Below, one piece after another: positions 27,746 to 32,000 of a stretch of 32,000 bases of DNA. Where the stretch lies: assembly GCA_000175855.1 (NCBI GenBank), contig ACYB01000046.1, forward strand, positions 1-32,000, in the 5' to 3' direction. Below the pieces are notes generated by a model. That model saw only the letters and a program-made list of their open reading frames with translations. It ran no database searches and was not told the DNA's origin. Source of the stretch: Raphidiopsis brookii D9. GTDB taxonomy: Bacteria; Cyanobacteriota; Cyanobacteriia; Cyanobacteriales; Nostocaceae. Numbering within the stretch: position 1 is the stretch's first letter; every line of letters starts with the position of its first letter. The position numbers were made by a program, and so were the translations under genes.

Positions 27746-29266
27746 TTACACCGTAGCTAGAAAAGTCTTTTTGTAATCAGCTAAACCTTCTTTCAGGGCT
27801 ACTTCTTCCGCTTCTCCTAGGACTTTGCTGGTTTGCACTCCTTGGTAATAAGAATTTTTACCACTCTTTAAGTAGTCACGGAAACCTCTGACAAAGCTGG
27901 TCACCTGGTTAACAGCTATATCATCTAAATAACCGTTAATACCGGCGTAAAGAATAGCGACCTGTTCAGCAACAGAGAGAGGATCATTTTGGGGCTGTTT
28001 CAACAGTTCCCGTAAACGTTGTCCTCGTGCTAACTGATCTTGGGTGGCTTTATCTAGGTCAGAAGCAAATTGGGAAAAGGCTTGTAAGTCATCAAACTGT
28101 GCCAATTCCAATTTAATCTTACCTGCTACTTTCTTCATTGCTTTAGTTTGGGCAGCAGAACCCACCCGGGATACAGAGATACCCGGATTCACTGCTGGAC
28201 GAACACCAGAGTTAAACAGGTCAGAAGAAAGGAAAATCTGTCCATCAGTGATAGAAATCACGTTGGTAGGAATGTAAGCAGAAACGTCACCAGCTTGGGT
28301 TTCAATAATAGGTAAAGCGGTCATACTACCCTTACCCAATTCATCACTCAATTTAGCTGCTCTTTCTAATAAGCGAGAGTGGATGTAGAACACGTCTCCT
28401 GGATATGCTTCTCTTCCGGGTGGACGACGTAACAGCAAGGACATTTGACGATAAGCTTGAGCTTGCTTAGAAAGGTCATCGTAAATCACTAAGGTAGCTT
28501 TACCTTGGTACATAAAGTACTCGGCAATAGTAGCACCTGTGTAAGGAGCTAGGAATTGTAAAGTAGCTGGGTCACTGGCATTAGCTGCTACAACTACTGT
28601 ATATTCTAAAGCGCCTTTTTCCTGTAGGGTTTGAACTACGTTAGCAACTGTGGAAGCCTTTTGACCCACTGCTACATAAACACAAACCACATCTTCACCT
28701 TTCTGGTTAATAATGGTGTCAATAGCAATAGAGGTCTTACCAGTTTGACGGTCACCAATAATTAACTCCCGTTGACCCCGACCAATGGGAATCATGGAAT
28801 CAATAGCTGTAATACCCGTTTGCATGGGTTCATGTACAGAACGACGGGCAATAATCCCAGGGGCAGGGGACTCAATCAAGCGGCTGGTAGTAGCTTTAAT
28901 TTCACCTTTACCGTCAATTGCTCTGCCTAAAGCATCTACTACCCGACCGATGAGGGCTTCACCCACACCTACCTGGGCAATTTTAGCGGTTGCAGTAACG
29001 GTACTACCTTCTTGAATATTTCTGCCTTCACCCATTAGTACGGCGCCCACGTTATCTTCTTCTAAGTTTTGGGCGATACCAACAGTGCCATCTTCAAATT
29101 CTAAAAGTTCCCCGGACATGACTTGTTGTAAGCCGTAGATCCGGGCAATACCATCACCAACTTGTAGTACAGTACCAACATTAGCAACCTTGACCTCTTG
29201 GTCATATTGCTCGATTTGTTGTTGGATAATGCTGCTGATTTCGTCAGGTTTAATGGAAATGCTCAT
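27746..29266 (-). CDS. atpA: ATP synthase alpha subunit
   Basis: [94 protein letters not shown]. Confidence 0.98.
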   Translation of the reverse strand: MSISIKPDEISSIIQQQIEQYDQEVKVANVGTVLQVGDGIARIYGLQQVMSGELLEFEDGTVGIAQNLEEDNVGAVLMGEGRNIQEGSTVTATAKIAQVGVGEALIGRVVDALGRAIDGKGEIKATTSRLIESPAPGIIARRSVHEPMQTGITAIDSMIPIGRGQRELIIGDRQTGKTSIAIDTIINQKGEDVVCVYVAVGQKASTVANVVQTLQEKGALEYTVVVAANASDPATLQFLAPYTGATIAEYFMYQGKATLVIYDDLSKQAQAYRQMSLLLRRPPGREAYPGDVFYIHSRLLERAAKLSDELGKGSMTALPIIETQAGDVSAYIPTNVISITDGQIFLSSDLFNSGVRPAVNPGISVSRVGSAAQTKAMKKVAGKIKLELAQFDDLQAFSQFASDLDKATQDQLARGQRLRELLKQPQNDPLSVAEQVAILYAGINGYLDDIAVNQVTSFVRGFRDYLKSGKNSYYQGVQTSKVLGEAEEVALKEGLADYKKTFLATV

Positions 29267-29307
29267 GTGCCTATTTTCGGTTTTCTTGTGAGACGGCAGA
29301 AGTTTTT

Positions 29308-29342
29308 GGTAATTGCTAATTGGTAATGAGTAATTGGTAACA
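29308..29342. repeat. Degenerate heptameric tandem repeat between atpA and atpH
   Basis: ggtaatt gctaatt ggtaatg agtaatt ggtaaca. Confidence 0.75.
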
Positions 29343-29366
29343 GACCAAATTCCCCATTCTCCCTAT

Positions 29367-29921
29367 TTAACCACTGGTTAAGCGTAGAGAAAGACGACGT
29401 AGTTGACCACGTAAGCTGGCATCAATTACTTGGGAACCTACTTTAATCACTACACCACCAATTAAATCGGTGTCGATTTTAGTTTCAATTTCTACTTCCC
29501 GAGCCTTGGTAATAGAAATTACCTTTTCTCTTACTGTTTGTATTTGTTCATCGGTTAGGGGAATAGCAGAACTAACTTCCGCTAAAACCGTTTGGGTTAA
29601 TTCCCGCAACAGACTGATATACTGCTGTAAAATTGGTTCCAAAAAGGAAATCCGTCTTCTATCAACTAACAGCAAGATGAAATTTCTCAGGTAGGGATTA
29701 ACACTTTCTCCCAACAGTTGTTTGAGTAGATTCTTCTTGTTTTCTGGTTGAATAAAGGGGTTATCCAAAAAGTTTTGTAGTTCCCCAGAACCAGAAATCA
29801 AACTAATCAAAGTCCGCGCATCTGTGCCGAACTCTTCTGTCAAATTGTTGGCTTTAGCCACTGATAACAAAGCCTGTGCATAGGGCTGTGCTACTTCTGC
29901 TGTCGCTGCATTACTTTTCAT
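29367..29921 (-). CDS. atpH: ATP synthase delta subunit
   Basis: VAQPYAQALLSVAKANN...NPFIQPENKKNLLKQLL...IDTDLIGGVVIKVGSQVIDASLRGQLRRL, between atpF and atpA. Named atpD in some cyanobacterial annotations. Confidence 0.95.
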   Translation of the reverse strand: MKSNAATAEVAQPYAQALLSVAKANNLTEEFGTDARTLISLISGSGELQNFLDNPFIQPENKKNLLKQLLGESVNPYLRNFILLLVDRRRISFLEPILQQYISLLRELTQTVLAEVSSAIPLTDEQIQTVREKVISITKAREVEIETKIDTDLIGGVVIKVGSQVIDASLRGQLRRLSLRLTSG

Positions 29922-29926
29922 GGTTC

Positions 29927-30484
29927 CTAACCTCCCAATTGAGCGATGCTACGGTCAATAATTCTTATTTGAGCATCCTCAGCAATGCCAGCTTTGAGTT
30001 CTGCTTCGGCTTTTTGCAAAGCTTTAGCCACCACTTTCTGCCGTAATTGAGAAATTACCCGCTCCAGTTCCGCATTTAAATCCGCCGCCCCAGCAGCTTG
30101 CATCTTCTCAACGTCAGCAGCAGCTTGGACTAAAATTGCTTCCCCAGCTGCTTTGGCACTAGTTTCCGCATCAGCTTTAATTCTGTTAGCTTCCACCTGG
30201 GCCTGTGTTAGTTTTTCCTCAGCTACCTTTAACTGCTTTGCAGCATTCGCAGCTCTTTCCTCTGCACTCTTAATTGCTGTTTCGATGTTTTCTCGACGAG
30301 TTTTTAGGGTGTTACCCAATACTTTACGTCCAAAAACAAACAGCACAGTAATAATAATGGCAAGGTTAATTAGGTTGGTCTCAAAAATATTAGTATTCAG
30401 ACCAATACCGCTATGTTCTGCTCCCTCTGCCAATTCACCCGTGACAGCGGTTGCTTCCGCTATCAATAGTAAAAAAGTCCCCAT
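29927..30484 (-). CDS. atpF: ATP synthase subunit b
   Basis: Single N-terminal TM ([43 protein letters not shown]) followed by a long coiled coil; operon position. Confidence 0.95.
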   Translation of the reverse strand: MGTFLLLIAEATAVTGELAEGAEHSGIGLNTNIFETNLINLAIIITVLFVFGRKVLGNTLKTRRENIETAIKSAEERAANAAKQLKVAEEKLTQAQVEANRIKADAETSAKAAGEAILVQAAADVEKMQAAGAADLNAELERVISQLRQKVVAKALQKAEAELKAGIAEDAQIRIIDRSIAQLGG

Positions 30485-30596
30485 GTTTTTTTATCCACAA
30501 CTGCGCAGCCAAATTCAAATTTTCTTGTCGGTGGTCATTCTTCAAGTTGATGATTTATGACACCGTGACATCCCTGTAACTTAGTTTTGACCTAAT

Positions 30597-31088
30597 TTAG
30601 CGTTGGCTTATTAGATCAGCACCTAACAGCTTCTCCAATATTTGGCGACTGAGTGCATCCACCTGTGCTTCTAAAGAAGCTAAAGCTTGTTGTTTTTGCT
30701 GCTCAATTTCACTAGCTGCTTTTTCTCTTTGTGCCTGGGCTTCTTGCTGTGCTGCCGCTATCTTCTGAGCTGCTACTTTTTGTGCCTCTGCTTGAGCTTG
30801 AGCAATCACTGCCTGTGCTTGTCTTCTTGCACCAGCTAGTTCTTGTTCATACTGAGCCGCCAGTTTTTCTGCCTGGGACAAACGTTGTTGGGCATCCAAT
30901 TGATTATTCCGGATGTAGTCATTACGTCCATCAATAGCTTGACCCAATGGTTTATAGAGGGTTGCATTCAATATCAGGGCTAAAACTAGAAACTGAATTG
31001 CCATTAAGGGCAAAGTCGCGTCTAAGTCAAACAAGCCCCCTTCCTTGGCAACCTCTTCTACTGCCAACAAGGTGATCCAATGTGTCAT
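30597..31088 (-). CDS. ATP synthase subunit b' (second b-type subunit of photosynthetic bacteria)
   Basis: [79 protein letters not shown]; duplicated b-type subunit between atpF and atpE. Confidence 0.94.
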   Translation of the reverse strand: MTHWITLLAVEEVAKEGGLFDLDATLPLMAIQFLVLALILNATLYKPLGQAIDGRNDYIRNNQLDAQQRLSQAEKLAAQYEQELAGARRQAQAVIAQAQAEAQKVAAQKIAAAQQEAQAQREKAASEIEQQKQQALASLEAQVDALSRQILEKLLGADLISQR

Positions 31089-31171
31089 TGTTGCTTGTTC
31101 CTATGTATGGTTATAGTCCTGAGTTATAACTAGAGGATGAGTTACGAGTTAGTGAGTGATTAATTCAACCC

Positions 31172-31192
31172 CTAACTCTTAACTCCTAAGTC
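31172..31192. repeat. Three heptameric units between the b' gene and atpE
   Basis: ctaactc ttaactc ctaagtc. Confidence 0.55.
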
Positions 31193-31230
31193 CCATCTTT
31201 TGTCACTCAGTCCAATAGACTGGTTACTAC

Positions 31231-31488
<258 letters not shown>

Positions 31489-31614
31489 TTACTTTAGAGA
31501 TACGGTTGATTTGGGAATTTGTAGTGTTAGTAGTCAGCTATCATCTATCAGTTATTGGTGATCAGATGCTATTAATTAGTGAAGCTCCCCCGGTTGACTT
31601 TTGACTACCTGTTG

Positions 31615-31656
31615 TCACCTGGCACTTTCACCTCTCACCTGTCACCTCATCACTGA
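31615..31656. repeat. Degenerate heptameric tandem repeat between atpE and atpB
   Basis: gtcacct ggcactt tcacctc tcacctg tcacctc atcactg. Confidence 0.65.
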
Positions 31657-31675
31657 CTGTTGTTTCCTGAGGGGT

Positions 31676-32000
31676 CTAATGACTTCCCTCATGCTCTTCG
31701 CCATGATGATCTTCCATCGCTTCACCAATATAAGCAGCAGCGAGGGTGGCAAAAATTAGGGCTTGAATGGCACTTGTGAATAGTCCCAAGGCCATCACTG
31801 GCAATGGCACAAACAGGGGCACTAGTAACACTAGCACGCCAACTACCAGTTCATCAGCTAAAATGTTACCGAATAAACGGAAACTTAGGGAAAGAGGTTT
31901 GGTGAAATCTTCAATAATCTTGAAGGGCAACATAAAGGACACTGGTTGCACATAGTTGCCAAAGTACCCTAAGCCTTTCTTGCTGAATCCAGCATAAAAA
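31676..32000 (-). CDS. atpB: ATP synthase subunit a, N-terminal part beyond the window edge
   Basis: [56 protein letters not shown]...[20 protein letters not shown]; the frame is open to the window end. Confidence 0.95.
   Translation of the reverse strand, partial: FYAGFSKKGLGYFGNYVQPVSFMLPFKIIEDFTKPLSLSFRLFGNILADELVVGVLVLLVPLFVPLPVMALGLFTSAIQALIFATLAAAYIGEAMEDHHGEEHEGSH

Noticed and set aside
28044-29015. ORFs on the plus strand opposite atpA (28044-28277, 28785-29015)
   Set aside because: They are fully antisense to a highly conserved atpA coding sequence and look like shadow ORFs.

Overview
This window is chromosomal DNA from a filamentous (Nostocales-type) cyanobacterium. The support is psaX, psbN, psbH, raf1, menG, a SigG-like ECF sigma factor, the a-c-b'-b-delta-alpha-gamma ATP synthase operon, and 15 copies of the HIP1 octamer GCGATCGC. 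Placement near Raphidiopsis/Cylindrospermopsis is only an inference. Most genes are conserved housekeeping or cyanobacterial core genes. I found no CRISPR array, prophage, transposase or convincing new multi-gene system. The strongest observations are: (1) a set of likely single-base homopolymer frameshifts or start lesions in atpG (gamma subunit, normally essential), raf1, an AlbA_2/Schlafen-type regulator, larE, and possibly the GH38 alpha-mannosidase; (2) two small photosynthesis genes absent or mis-started in the ORF track, psaX and psbN; (3) degenerate heptameric repeats in several spacers of the atp operon; (4) an inverted-repeat element between lpxD and an FKBP gene. All family assignments come from reading the translations; no database search was run.
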